DNA from: Methanotrichaceae archaeon
Lineage (GTDB): Archaea > Halobacteriota > Methanosarcinia > Methanotrichales > Methanotrichaceae
Direction of reading: 5' to 3'
Assembly: GCA_963754945.1 (NCBI GenBank)
Contig: CAVWIG010000028.1
Location: 64,001 to 128,000, forward strand
Length of the DNA stretch: 64,000 bases
Both the position numbers and the translations under genes were made by a program. How positions within the stretch are numbered: the first letter of the stretch is position 1; each line of letters starts with the position of its first letter. The notes below the pieces were generated by a model, which saw nothing but the letters and a program-made list of their open reading frames with translations, did no database searches and was not told where the DNA came from. This document shows, piece by piece, positions 30,342 through 39,767 of the stretch.

Positions 30342-31466
30342 TCAGAGCTGATCCGATTCACCGCACAGCCTGCTAAGCCTCTTGATGGCCTCGTACTTCT
30401 CCTTCTTTTCTAGCCTAGCACCCTCTACCGCTTCGTGGAGGGTTCTGATGGAACTGTCGTAAGTCTCTCTGTCCACGGGAAAGGGCGTCCCGTCCTTCCC
30501 TCTGTGGGCAAAACCGAACTTTGAAGGGTCCTTCCAGCTCGGACTGGCTCCGTAGACCAGCTCTGATATCAAAGCCAGGGCCCTGATCCGCCTCGGCCCC
30601 AGTCCCCTAAGGGCTACGAGTTCCTCATAATTGGAGGGCTGCAGCTCGTAGGCCATATGAAGAACTTTTCTGCCTGCTTCATCGATGTCCAGGGAAGCAA
30701 TCAGCTCGTGCCGCCTTGGCATGGATAGTTCCGGAACCGGGCTTGGCCTCGAATCTCCGAAGTCCAGCAGGCTGCGCTGAGCTGGACGAAACCCAATATG
30801 GGACGGGCCATCTTTGACGATATCAAGAGTGGCTTTCCGGTTAGCTTCACTTTCATGAGCCGTCAGGTCCAGGACGGTCTGCTCCAGTCTCTGCGAGCAG
30901 ATGGCGCTGTGTGGCTCCTCTACGAAGCTCTTCACCCGATCGGAGAGCCAGTGGTAGCGCCGGGCGAAAGAGTCGTTCATGCCCTGCTGAACCACAGCCC
31001 ACTCGCCATTCTCGGTGAACATGAAAGTGTGGTGGTAGAGCTGGTAGCCATCCTGAACCAGGGCATTATCAACTTTGGCCGACAATCTGCTTGCTCTAAT
31101 CAGCTCCGCTATCTTCTGGGGCCCAAATGAGAAGGCTTCGCCCAGCTTCTGGATATCCGCTGGCGTTTTTCCCGAGGTCTTGCCTTTGCCTCCTGCTACA
31201 GCTATTCCATGACGCTGTGGAGACACCGCCATTTTCAGAGCACCAGTTGTGACGGTGGTCGTGCCCGAGGAGTGCCAGTCGAAGCCCAAGACGCAGGAGA
31301 AGGCCTGGAACCAGTGAGGATCGGAGATGCGCCGAAGGAACTCCTCCGATCCGTGCTCGTAGACCAGAGCCTCCACTATCTCTCCTGCAAGGAGTCGCAT
31401 GCGCTTGAATAGCCATGGTGGGGCCGAGCCACCGTGCAATGGGAGATTGGCTATGCCGGTCTTCAT
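30342..31466 (-). CDS. DUF763 family protein
   Basis: LPLHGG.AP.WL, DWHSSGTTT, SAKVDN, YHH, VVQQGM. Confidence 0.88.
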   Translation of the reverse strand: MKTGIANLPLHGGSAPPWLFKRMRLLAGEIVEALVYEHGSEEFLRRISDPHWFQAFSCVLGFDWHSSGTTTVTTGALKMAVSPQRHGIAVAGGKGKTSGKTPADIQKLGEAFSFGPQKIAELIRASRLSAKVDNALVQDGYQLYHHTFMFTENGEWAVVQQGMNDSFARRYHWLSDRVKSFVEEPHSAICSQRLEQTVLDLTAHESEANRKATLDIVKDGPSHIGFRPAQRSLLDFGDSRPSPVPELSMPRRHELIASLDIDEAGRKVLHMAYELQPSNYEELVALRGLGPRRIRALALISELVYGASPSWKDPSKFGFAHRGKDGTPFPVDRETYDSSIRTLHEAVEGARLEKKEKYEAIKRLSRLCGESDQL

Positions 31467-31507
31467 GTTCAGATACCCTTTTCTTTTATCAGCGTCACAT
31501 ATATTTT

Positions 31508-32638
31508 ATGGATTCCAGCCCGAATAGAGTGGCTCCAGAGGGCCTCACTCCTGTTACAGAGATCGATCTGCGCAATCTGTCTGAGGTACGGACCGAAAAA
31601 GACACCATCCTAACGGTATATCTGACTACGAATATCAAAGACTTCCGGACCTTCGTTGACGGGAGGCTGAGGGCCATTAACAAAGCTCTGCCTGAAGATC
31701 TAAAAGATGCCTTTGCTCAAACACTGGATCTGGCCGAACCCGCCATTGCGTCCGCTGCTGCGAAAGGCGAGAGGGGCAGGATGATCTTTGCCTCGGCTTC
31801 AGCCTCAGCCCAAAACGATTTTCTGCACGTCTACAGGGTTAGTGTCGAGCTGGAGCCGCTGGTGGTCTGGGACAGTTCGCCTTTTCTGCTCCCGCTGGCC
31901 CGCCTCCGGAAAGACTACGAGGACTATGGACTTTTGCTCATCGACTCACAGGAGTACAGGCTGTTTTTGGTCCGGTCCAGAGTGGCAGTCGAGAAGGAGA
32001 AGCGGTCAATAGACCTCATGAACAAGCACAAGAAGGGAGGTTGGAGCCAGATGCGATTCAACCGTCTGCGAAGAGGCGCGATAAAGTCCTTCCTCACCGA
32101 AGCTGTAGAAGACCTGAATAGCCTCGACATCCAGGAGATCAAAGGGCTGGTGGTGGCCGGTCCGGGTGAGGCCAAAGGCCAGTTAATTGAGATGCTGCCG
32201 GCTTCCTGGAAAGGCAAGGTCCTGGGCGTTCTGGACATCTCCATGCAAACGCCTTCCGGCGATCTGGTAAAGCTGGGAAACGAGATTGTTAGCAGCGAGC
32301 AGTCCAGGGAACGGGAGCTGGCGGAGAAGCTGAAAGATGCAGTGTTCAAAGGGCAGCCTGCCGCCTACGGCCTGGCCGAGGTGGGAGAGGCTCTGAAGCA
32401 GGGAAGGGTGAACCACCTGCTCCTCGCAAACAGCTTCGCCCTTCCGCAGATGATCTGCAAGAAGTGCCATTTCCACGGAGAGGGCGAGACCTGTCCGACC
32501 TGCGGAGGACAGATGCAGGCTCTGAGCCTGGAGGAGCTGTATCAGCAAGCAGAGAGGACGGGGGCTGAGGTGGTGCTGGTGGAGGATGATGCGTTCCTGG
32601 AGTCGATCGGTGGAATTGGGGCGATGCTGAGGTATTAG
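31508..32638 (+). CDS. eRF1/VLRF1-like release factor homologue (baeRF/acVLRF1 type)
   Basis: HKKGGWSQMRF.R, VAGPGE, CxxC...CPTCG, GGIGAMLRY. Confidence 0.82.
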   Translation: MDSSPNRVAPEGLTPVTEIDLRNLSEVRTEKDTILTVYLTTNIKDFRTFVDGRLRAINKALPEDLKDAFAQTLDLAEPAIASAAAKGERGRMIFASASASAQNDFLHVYRVSVELEPLVVWDSSPFLLPLARLRKDYEDYGLLLIDSQEYRLFLVRSRVAVEKEKRSIDLMNKHKKGGWSQMRFNRLRRGAIKSFLTEAVEDLNSLDIQEIKGLVVAGPGEAKGQLIEMLPASWKGKVLGVLDISMQTPSGDLVKLGNEIVSSEQSRERELAEKLKDAVFKGQPAAYGLAEVGEALKQGRVNHLLLANSFALPQMICKKCHFHGEGETCPTCGGQMQALSLEELYQQAERTGAEVVLVEDDAFLESIGGIGAMLRY

Positions 32639-32693
32639 TAGGATGCAGGCAGGAGAGACTCATTTCATTTGAAATTTTAAAAACTTAATTTCT

Positions 32694-33035
32694 TTAGTGT
32701 ATGGAGACGTTGTATACCATCCACAATGATATAACTCCCACAGCAACGAGAAGAGCATTTACGATTTGACCGTCTCCTAGTCGCCAGCGTTTAAGGGTGA
32801 ATTTTGTGTTTATCAGGACATGCACCATGAAGAAGAAAACCAGATACATATCCAGTTGGGTGTGTAAATATTTGGCCTGCTGAACCGGCATTATGATATG
32901 ATCTACCCAGGCATATCCTGAAACCAGGAAGACTATCATGAAGATCAAAAGTGCCCAAGCGCTGATTCTGTTAATCTTAACCAAAATGTGACCGGTGTTC
33001 AGAGTTAACCACCATTTGATATTACAAGTGAACAA
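32694..33035 (-). CDS. Small three-helix membrane protein (start uncertain)
   Basis: Three hydrophobic segments; His residues in YLH and MVH. Confidence 0.6.
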   Translation of the reverse strand: MFTCNIKWWLTLNTGHILVKINRISAWALLIFMIVFLVSGYAWVDHIIMPVQQAKYLHTQLDMYLVFFFMVHVLINTKFTLKRWRLGDGQIVNALLVAVGVISLWMVYNVSIH

Positions 33036-33359
33036 GTCTGTTCTTTTATAGCTTTCTTATTATTTGACGATTTCGGTCAAGGCAATTGTCGATATACTTC
33101 TATGGATGTAGATTGATGCGCGCATTTTTAAAAGTATAAATTAGAGTTCCGTCATTCCTTCTGCCATATGGTAAGCCTCTGCCCAAGAATTGCGAGCAGA
33201 GGTATCGCCTGATAATTCAGTGCTGGTTAGGCAATATTCTTACAACTAAAGGTATCCTGGGAATCCAAGCACCTAGAGAGCCATCTCCGATCTTCCCAGC
33301 GGCTGCGTTGCAGACTTCTCTCGGTTAGTTAAATGGCCCTCGATGAATTTGTTAATGCT

Positions 33360-33731
33360 TTACTCCTCCTCCAGCCTGCACAACTGGCAGCTATGATGCC
33401 AGACCGGCTCAGCCCTGACGTGCAGCGGATTCTCCATGCTCCACTTGCCAGCCCTCATCTCCTGAATGAACTTGTGGACCCCGGCTGCGTCCATGCCCTT
33501 TGGTTTGATCTTCCCCACCTCGCGACCGATGACGTCGTGGTGGCCTTCAGCCTTGTCGAACTTCATGACAACATACTCGGGGTCGTCCTCGGAATCGCTG
33601 TCGTTCAGGTAGAGCAAGCCATCGTGATAGAAACTGTAGCACATAGGCCACTTATGCCTGGTCATGGCCTCCACCAGGTCATCTTCGCTATCGAGTTCCT
33701 TGCTGGAGAATACGCGGTCGGAATGAATCAT
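33360..33731 (-). CDS. Hypothetical protein with C-terminal CxxC
   Basis: Host-like codon usage, GGTGA ribosome-binding site, HHSCQLC. Confidence 0.7.
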   Translation of the reverse strand: MIHSDRVFSSKELDSEDDLVEAMTRHKWPMCYSFYHDGLLYLNDSDSEDDPEYVVMKFDKAEGHHDVIGREVGKIKPKGMDAAGVHKFIQEMRAGKWSMENPLHVRAEPVWHHSCQLCRLEEE

Positions 33732-33831
33732 AATCTTTCACCTTTACGAGGAGAATACTAATGCCGCTTGGACTTAAATAGTTTCTTTGATGCCAAAAAT
33801 TGCCGACGGAGTAGCATTGCCACCCCTTCAC

Positions 33832-34716
33832 TTAGAACGGTGCACGTAAACCGCTTGGGTTGTTGTTCCTTATGAGATCCGTTGTGCAACTGCAAATGTC
33901 CTGTATCGCCTTGGCGCTTGCTACACCTTGAGAAGCCTTTGACTGCTGGGCATCCTGCTGCTTCTGTTGCATTTCCAGCACTCCGGAAGCCATCACAGCA
34001 GCTTCTCGAACGCTGCTATTCTCGTCCTTTAGTGCTTGAGTAAGAGGACCTGATGCACGTATGTCTCCGATCGATCCAAGGGCGTATGCAGCATACCGTC
34101 GGACCGCCCAATCTCCATCCCTAAGCGATGTGATAAGCGGGTCTACTGCTTTCTTGTCTTTGATGTTTCCCAGAGCTGCCGCCGCATTTGCACGGACGGT
34201 TCCATCCGTATCATTGAGAGCCAGGATTAAGGGGTCTACTGCTTGATCGACTTTTATACCTCGGGATGATAATTCAACTAGCACCACTGCAGAGCCCCGG
34301 CGGACATTGATATCTCCGTCCTTGAGGGCCTGGGTCAGTGGAATTACTGACTTGCTATCGTTGATCATTCCCAGAGCTAAGGCGGCATTTGCCCGGACGT
34401 ATGGATCTTTATCGCCCTTTAGGACCTTGCTCAAAGAGCCCGCGGCTATCGGATCTCCGATCTTTTCTAATGCAAGTTCTGCTCCGACCCGGACGCTGCT
34501 ATTGCTGTCATTAAGAGCCCTGATCAACGGTTCTACTGCCGGTCCTCCAATTTTTTCGATAGCGGATACAGCCGCTTCTCGAACGCTGGAGTTATTATCA
34601 TTTAGTGACTGAATTAAAGCATCAATGGCATTTGCATTTGTTTGCCCTTGCCCCAAAGCTGGCAAAGTGGACAACACGGCAATTAGGATTAGACAGATAA
34701 TGAAATCTCGCCTCAG
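33832..34716 (-). CDS. Secreted HEAT/PBS-lyase repeat protein, probable CTG start
   Basis: Repeats of LI.AL.D....VR..AA.ALG; in-frame upstream extension gives a signal peptide. Confidence 0.8.
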   Translation of the reverse strand: MRRDFIICLILIAVLSTLPALGQGQTNANAIDALIQSLNDNNSSVREAAVSAIEKIGGPAVEPLIRALNDSNSSVRVGAELALEKIGDPIAAGSLSKVLKGDKDPYVRANAALALGMINDSKSVIPLTQALKDGDINVRRGSAVVLVELSSRGIKVDQAVDPLILALNDTDGTVRANAAAALGNIKDKKAVDPLITSLRDGDWAVRRYAAYALGSIGDIRASGPLTQALKDENSSVREAAVMASGVLEMQQKQQDAQQSKASQGVASAKAIQDICSCTTDLIRNNNPSGLRAPF

Positions 34717-34903
34717 TATAATTCCTCCAAGGACTATTAGGTTAATATTGATTATATAACTTCTTTAAGGCGCGCTTTTGTTAGTCATGCAATAATCATC
34801 GGGAATTTCTGAAAAATGGGTAGGTATAAAGGGTACGCGGTATTAATTGTTTCTCGAAGGCAGATGAGGAGATCTTGAGACTGACCTCCCCAGATTTCTG
34901 TCT

Positions 34904-35899
34904 TCAAAAGACAACAGTCCAACCTTCGTTTGATGCATCCTGTGCGGTGTAGCTGACTCCATGCACCTTCAAACCTTTGTTGTCGAGAAGGGTTATGATG
35001 CCACCGCCAATTGGCAGCTCTATGCCCTTGGCAAGGAGCTTGACCATCATGGTCTGTCCAGCATTGATGACTCCAGAAAGCGGCACTTTATTCTTGTTCC
35101 TGTCCGCCAGTGACCATCCCTTCAGATCGATCGTCTTCGGCGTGGTGTTGAGGATGGTGACACTCTCCAATCCCTGGTCAGGACCTGTCGGATTAACCAG
35201 AGCGGCAACTATGAGCACCCGTCTATCCGCAGCTTTAGCCACGCAGGCTTCAGGAATACTGTGGCCTGTAGTGTCATCTGTATGGAAGCACTGCGATTGG
35301 AAGGCCAGAAACACGGCCACCCATCTGTTTTCATCCGGGAAATGGAAGATGAGACCACCATCCTGCCAGGGGCCGTCATCATTTGCCCAGTTCGAAGAGT
35401 TTCCCTGGTTCATGTGGATGTCGTGAATTCCGTTTCCGGGCAGGAAGTCGAAATACTGATCACGCTTGTCGTTCTCCGGGCCCCATCTCTGGCCGAATGC
35501 GTAGACTTCGCTTGACTCCATGGCCATGCTTCTTTCTACGTACTTGTGAAGCAGCTCGTTCAAGTCGTTGTCCGGTCCAGGGACGTTGGCAGGAAGCGGC
35601 TTCATGTTAGATACATCGAAGAGGTTTGCTCTTATGAAGTCCAGGGCCATTCCGCCCGGCTTACTATCCAGCTCCTGGAATCCGAAGTCCAAGGCTTGGA
35701 GATCCTTTAGGATCGGGTGATCGAAGTTCTCATCTACATAATAAAGATCGTCAGATGGAGAATCCTGGGATTTCACATTGACCGCAATGCGGAACCTATC
35801 ATGGTTGCTTACCTTCACCTGAAAATGGGGGCTGTTTCCCTGGCCGTTCATCGAATCCTTGGCTTTTCCTTTTAAAACACCGTAGTTATTTATTGGCAT
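34904..35899 (-). CDS. DUF2278/YukJ family protein with C-terminal lamin-tail-like domain
   Basis: YGVLKG, PH, AVNVKS, LDFIR, GIHDIHMNQG, WQDG, FQSQ; ALVNP...E.V.I.N...DL.GW. Confidence 0.82.
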   Translation of the reverse strand: MPINNYGVLKGKAKDSMNGQGNSPHFQVKVSNHDRFRIAVNVKSQDSPSDDLYYVDENFDHPILKDLQALDFGFQELDSKPGGMALDFIRANLFDVSNMKPLPANVPGPDNDLNELLHKYVERSMAMESSEVYAFGQRWGPENDKRDQYFDFLPGNGIHDIHMNQGNSSNWANDDGPWQDGGLIFHFPDENRWVAVFLAFQSQCFHTDDTTGHSIPEACVAKAADRRVLIVAALVNPTGPDQGLESVTILNTTPKTIDLKGWSLADRNKNKVPLSGVINAGQTMMVKLLAKGIELPIGGGIITLLDNKGLKVHGVSYTAQDASNEGWTVVF

Positions 35900-36135
35900 A
35901 TATGTCTCCCAACATGTTAAAAGATTTTAATATATAAGTAGATTTGCACACCAATAAGAATCAAAAATTGCCCTCAGTTACATCGGAAATCATCTGCCGG
36001 ACAGACCAGAGAGATCAGAGACATCCCAAAGGAACTGCAATTTCTTAATGGATGAGACTGAGGCAAGTTATGAAGTTATTACATCCATAAATATTATATG
36101 AATATTTCACGATTAATTGAGCGCTCAAAGCAAGC

Positions 36136-37041
36136 TCAAATTGGCAGCGTTGACTTGAGGAGCACGTCCACAATTATTGCCGCAAACAGCACCGCTCTAT
36201 AGTTGGCCGACTGGTAAAACAGCCGATTCCCGCGTTCTGCAGTGGGATTAAGCACGAAGTCCAGATTTTGTAGGAGGAGCCAGCCTCCGGCCAAGGCCGC
36301 AGCGACCAGATAGAGCAGCCCGAGACCAGCAGAGAGGCCAAGAGCAATTGATAGGGCAACTCCGATTAACCAGAATATCGCTACCATCTTTGAGGTCGCC
36401 GGTATTCCATAAGTCGCAGGCGTTGTCGGTATGCCCTCGGCCCTGTCGCCTTCAACGTCTCGGGAAGCATCGCAGTTTGTGAAGCCCCAGTCAGTGATGC
36501 AGATCATTAGGGCAAGGATTATGGAAGCTGGATGGATACCAGAACCTGCCTTCAGGAATCCGACGGGCTCCACTGCCAGCCAGACTCCTAACGGTACCAG
36601 ACCGAAGGCAAGGCCAACGAAGATCCAGGAAAAGGGTGTGGCCCTCTTGGCCCAAGCTGAGTAGATGGTGATAATGATCGTTGCGACTATGAGGTTTACA
36701 AAGCTCTCAGGGTTGAGATAGAGCGAAATGACACCTGCTACTGCAAAAAGGAGAAGCGACCAGGCTTGAGCCTCGTGCTTGCCGAGCCGCAGTGAAGGCA
36801 GAGGCCGGTTGGGCATAGCAACCCTATCAACATCTATGTCGCAGCAGTCATTGAAGACATACGAACTGGTTATGGCACAATAAGCGCCAACGACAACGAG
36901 GAGAAACGGCAAAAGGGCAGGCAGGCCGCCGCTGACTGCATAGCTTGCTAGCATGGCCGATGCCGCTGGCATAGCCAGGTCCATTGGAGCCAGAGGTGGC
37001 CGCAGTAGCTGGATATGACCCTCAAAACGCGTGAGGTTCAT
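36136..37041 (-). CDS. UbiA-family prenyltransferase
   Basis: FNDCCDIDVD, P.RPLPS, YS...K, D..GD...G..T motifs; multiple transmembrane helices. Confidence 0.88.
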   Translation of the reverse strand: MNLTRFEGHIQLLRPPLAPMDLAMPAASAMLASYAVSGGLPALLPFLLVVVGAYCAITSSYVFNDCCDIDVDRVAMPNRPLPSLRLGKHEAQAWSLLLFAVAGVISLYLNPESFVNLIVATIIITIYSAWAKRATPFSWIFVGLAFGLVPLGVWLAVEPVGFLKAGSGIHPASIILALMICITDWGFTNCDASRDVEGDRAEGIPTTPATYGIPATSKMVAIFWLIGVALSIALGLSAGLGLLYLVAAALAGGWLLLQNLDFVLNPTAERGNRLFYQSANYRAVLFAAIIVDVLLKSTLPI

Positions 37042-37064
37042 AACCCCCATTAGCAATACACCAT

Positions 37065-37787
37065 CTAAATAAAACCCTCGAAGAGATCGAAGTGCAATTC
37101 GGGCTTAACCAGAAAGTCCAGACGTCCTTGCTCACGCAGAAGTGGATACATCTCCTTTCCCTTAGTAATGCCAAGCTTGAGCAGCAAGCTATTATCCGGA
37201 GCGTCAACCCTGCGCAGTTCGGCGGCCTCCGGGCAGCGAGGGTTTTTTACAAACCCGTCTTTGGTAAAGAAGTATGCCCCCCCACCCTTTTGTCTATAAG
37301 GATCGTAGAGCGATGAAAACTCCCTGGCCACAAAGTTGGCCATCTTGAGAGTCTTGTTGGATCGATTTATAGTGATGTGGCCATAGTCCGGAGGCACAAG
37401 CACCTTGTCTCCGGGAGAGGCATTAACCGCCACTGCGTCGCTAAAGTCCTGTTTCTGCAGGAGGTACAACGCCTCTCCCTCTAACACTTCGTAGATCTCT
37501 GGGTAGGAGACTCTGCCTCCGGGGGGTATAGGGTGGTAGTGGCCTGCTGTCTTGATGTACTCCAAGCCGAGCATGCCTGGAGGAATGACGGTGATGTCGT
37601 ACCTTAGACCTTGGTCGAGGAGACGATCGCGATCCGACCGACTGAGGTAAAGATCTCTATACATGTAGTAAAGCTCGAGGTTCGGGGCACCAGCTAGCCA
37701 CTTTTGATCGAAGATCACATCCGACATATCGTATAGCCGACGAATATCGGGCTCTTTGAACTTGCCTCCAAACTCAAGTCCTTTCAT
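37065..37787 (-). CDS. pgiA: Cupin-type glucose-6-phosphate isomerase
   Basis: LRYDITVIPP, KTAGHYH, YPEIYEV, VPP.YGH.TIN. Confidence 0.85.
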   Translation of the reverse strand: MKGLEFGGKFKEPDIRRLYDMSDVIFDQKWLAGAPNLELYYMYRDLYLSRSDRDRLLDQGLRYDITVIPPGMLGLEYIKTAGHYHPIPPGGRVSYPEIYEVLEGEALYLLQKQDFSDAVAVNASPGDKVLVPPDYGHITINRSNKTLKMANFVAREFSSLYDPYRQKGGGAYFFTKDGFVKNPRCPEAAELRRVDAPDNSLLLKLGITKGKEMYPLLREQGRLDFLVKPELHFDLFEGFI

Positions 37788-37934
37788 GCCCCAACTCCAT
37801 ACATTCAGATGTATCCATGGTTTATATTGATAGTCCCAGCTATAGTCCAGGTATCCTACAACGCCTCAAGCTTATGTTTGGATCGCTTCAGCAGAGCTAG
37901 TCGTGGGCTCAACGCCAATTCAAGGAAACCCTGA

Positions 37935-38384
37935 TTAATGGCAGTTAAGAGGCCCGTCGATGGTAAAGTACTCAGTCAGTACCTTCTTGTAATCGACTAT
38001 GACGTCTACCTTCCACATGCCGGGCATGCGGGCAGGATCATACCCCTTTATTTTGAGACAGGACCATAGCGGTGCTGCCCATTGTCCAGCCGGGCCGTCG
38101 ACCGGCGGTATCACTCCAAAGGACCTTGAATAGACTCTTCCCTCTGGATAGTACCATCTCCATTCAACATTGTGGACTTCAAGGTCCCTCCACACCAGGA
38201 GCCAGGAGACGGCCTGATCATCATCTGTCGAGAAGGTGCTCGTCCTCCCTATAGGTTCCGAGAACTTGCCTATGTCTGAGGCCATTGTGTGCTCGCTGAT
38301 CAGGAAGAACATTGGATCTGCATGTACCGCTCCTCCAACGAGCAAAAAGGCCAGAATAGCCAAAACTAACTTGGTTGCTCTCAT
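37935..38384 (-). CDS. Secreted hypothetical protein (beta-rich)
   Basis: Signal peptide ending AVHA; W.WY.P.G and PG.W.V motifs. Confidence 0.7.
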   Translation of the reverse strand: MRATKLVLAILAFLLVGGAVHADPMFFLISEHTMASDIGKFSEPIGRTSTFSTDDDQAVSWLLVWRDLEVHNVEWRWYYPEGRVYSRSFGVIPPVDGPAGQWAAPLWSCLKIKGYDPARMPGMWKVDVIVDYKKVLTEYFTIDGPLNCH

Positions 38385-38599
38385 CGCTGCTCACCTTATA
38401 AGTTTGTTTAATACCCCATCTATCTATAATAAATGACTTGATTATAAAGATAACGATCCTTACCACCCAGTACATAGATCGAAAATTCGGATCTCAAGAA
38501 AAGTGCGACTCACACATTTCGAAGCCGATGTCCAGGACACGTGGTCTATCTAAGGTAAACAGACACAGCGTAAAGATATGAATTATTGAATAATTCTAT

Positions 38600-39234
38600 C
38601 TACAAAATCAGCGGCTCAAATCCACTCATCCTGGCTATAGCTCCAGGGATATCCACAACGCTTATCGCCGCATCTATTATGTTTCCATCGCCTGTTGCAA
38701 TCACGCCCTCCATCTCTTCAGTTGACGATCGACGTCTCGAGCCGTCCTGACCATTCCCTGCACATCATGCTCGGACATGATCCTTCTCATCAATTCGGCC
38801 AGTCTGCCGCTCATGCCGATCTGTTGATCCAAAAGGACCTCGGTTACGGCCGGGCACGCGGATAAGAGCAGATCGAAAATTGCGTCGAGGGCTGGAGCTG
38901 TTAGGTCTGAGGGCCTGTAGCTCCTGAATATCCCCTGGATATCGCGAAGGAAACCATCGTCGCAGAGATATACTGGCTTTCCGCCGAGGAGGCTCTCCAC
39001 CGAGATTAGCACGTTGTATCCATCGATAAACAACGCTCTTGCATGTAGAGCTTCCAAGGGCTGAATCTTATCCTTTCGTGCTTTCGCCGTGTCTGAGGCC
39101 ACCACCACTCTTGTCAGCACAAATCTCTGCTCTTCAGGGAGCAGGTGATGATCGGACACAAATCTTATGGCCGACTCCTTTGGGTATCCGCGATCCACCA
39201 GATACCTGGCATCCCGGGCGGCTGACCTCAGCAT
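38600..39234 (-). pseudogene. DUF434 family (PIN-like) protein with a frameshift near 38714
   Basis: RGYPK..A..FV..H, IDGYNV, DGFLRD; C-terminal VIATGDGNIID lies in another frame ending at 38600. Confidence 0.75.
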
Positions 39235-39767
39235 CTCGTCGGCTTTGGCTTGTTCTCTAGAGACCTTCTGACCTCCTGGTAAAGATCGCCGCCATGCGAG
39301 TCAATGGCCACCACCATTGGCCCCAGATCTAAAGCCTCGAACTCCCAGAGGGCCTCGGCCATCCCCAGCTCCTGCAGGTGAACTTCCCGTATTTTGAGCT
39401 GCTTAGCAGCCACTGCCCCGCAGCCTCCTGGGTAGGCTAAGTACACTGCCCTTCCCCGAAAGGGCAGGCCCGGCAAGCCGCCTTTGCCAATGATGGCTCG
39501 AACGCCCAGATCGAGGATGAAGTCTGTGTACCGGTCCATCCTTCCGCTTGTGGTGGGACCCGCAGAGATGACCTTTTGGCCTCCGATCAATGGACCGCAA
39601 TGGTAAAGGGCAGCACCTTTCAGCTCGGCTGGGCTTCCCTTTGACCTGAGCAGGGCGTGAGCCTTGTCCCTGGCCGTGAATACGATACCGCTAAGAAAGA
39701 CGATATCTCCAACGTGTAAGGCCTCTATGTCCTGAATGGAGAGGGGCGTTTTGAGCTTATGCTCCAT
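39228..39767 (-). CDS. Fumarate/tartrate hydratase class I, beta subunit
   Basis: TARDKAH, YHCGP, AGPTTS.RM, IGKGG, LGMAEA, DSHG. Confidence 0.92.
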   Translation of the reverse strand: MEHKLKTPLSIQDIEALHVGDIVFLSGIVFTARDKAHALLRSKGSPAELKGAALYHCGPLIGGQKVISAGPTTSGRMDRYTDFILDLGVRAIIGKGGLPGLPFRGRAVYLAYPGGCGAVAAKQLKIREVHLQELGMAEALWEFEALDLGPMVVAIDSHGGDLYQEVRRSLENKPKPTRC

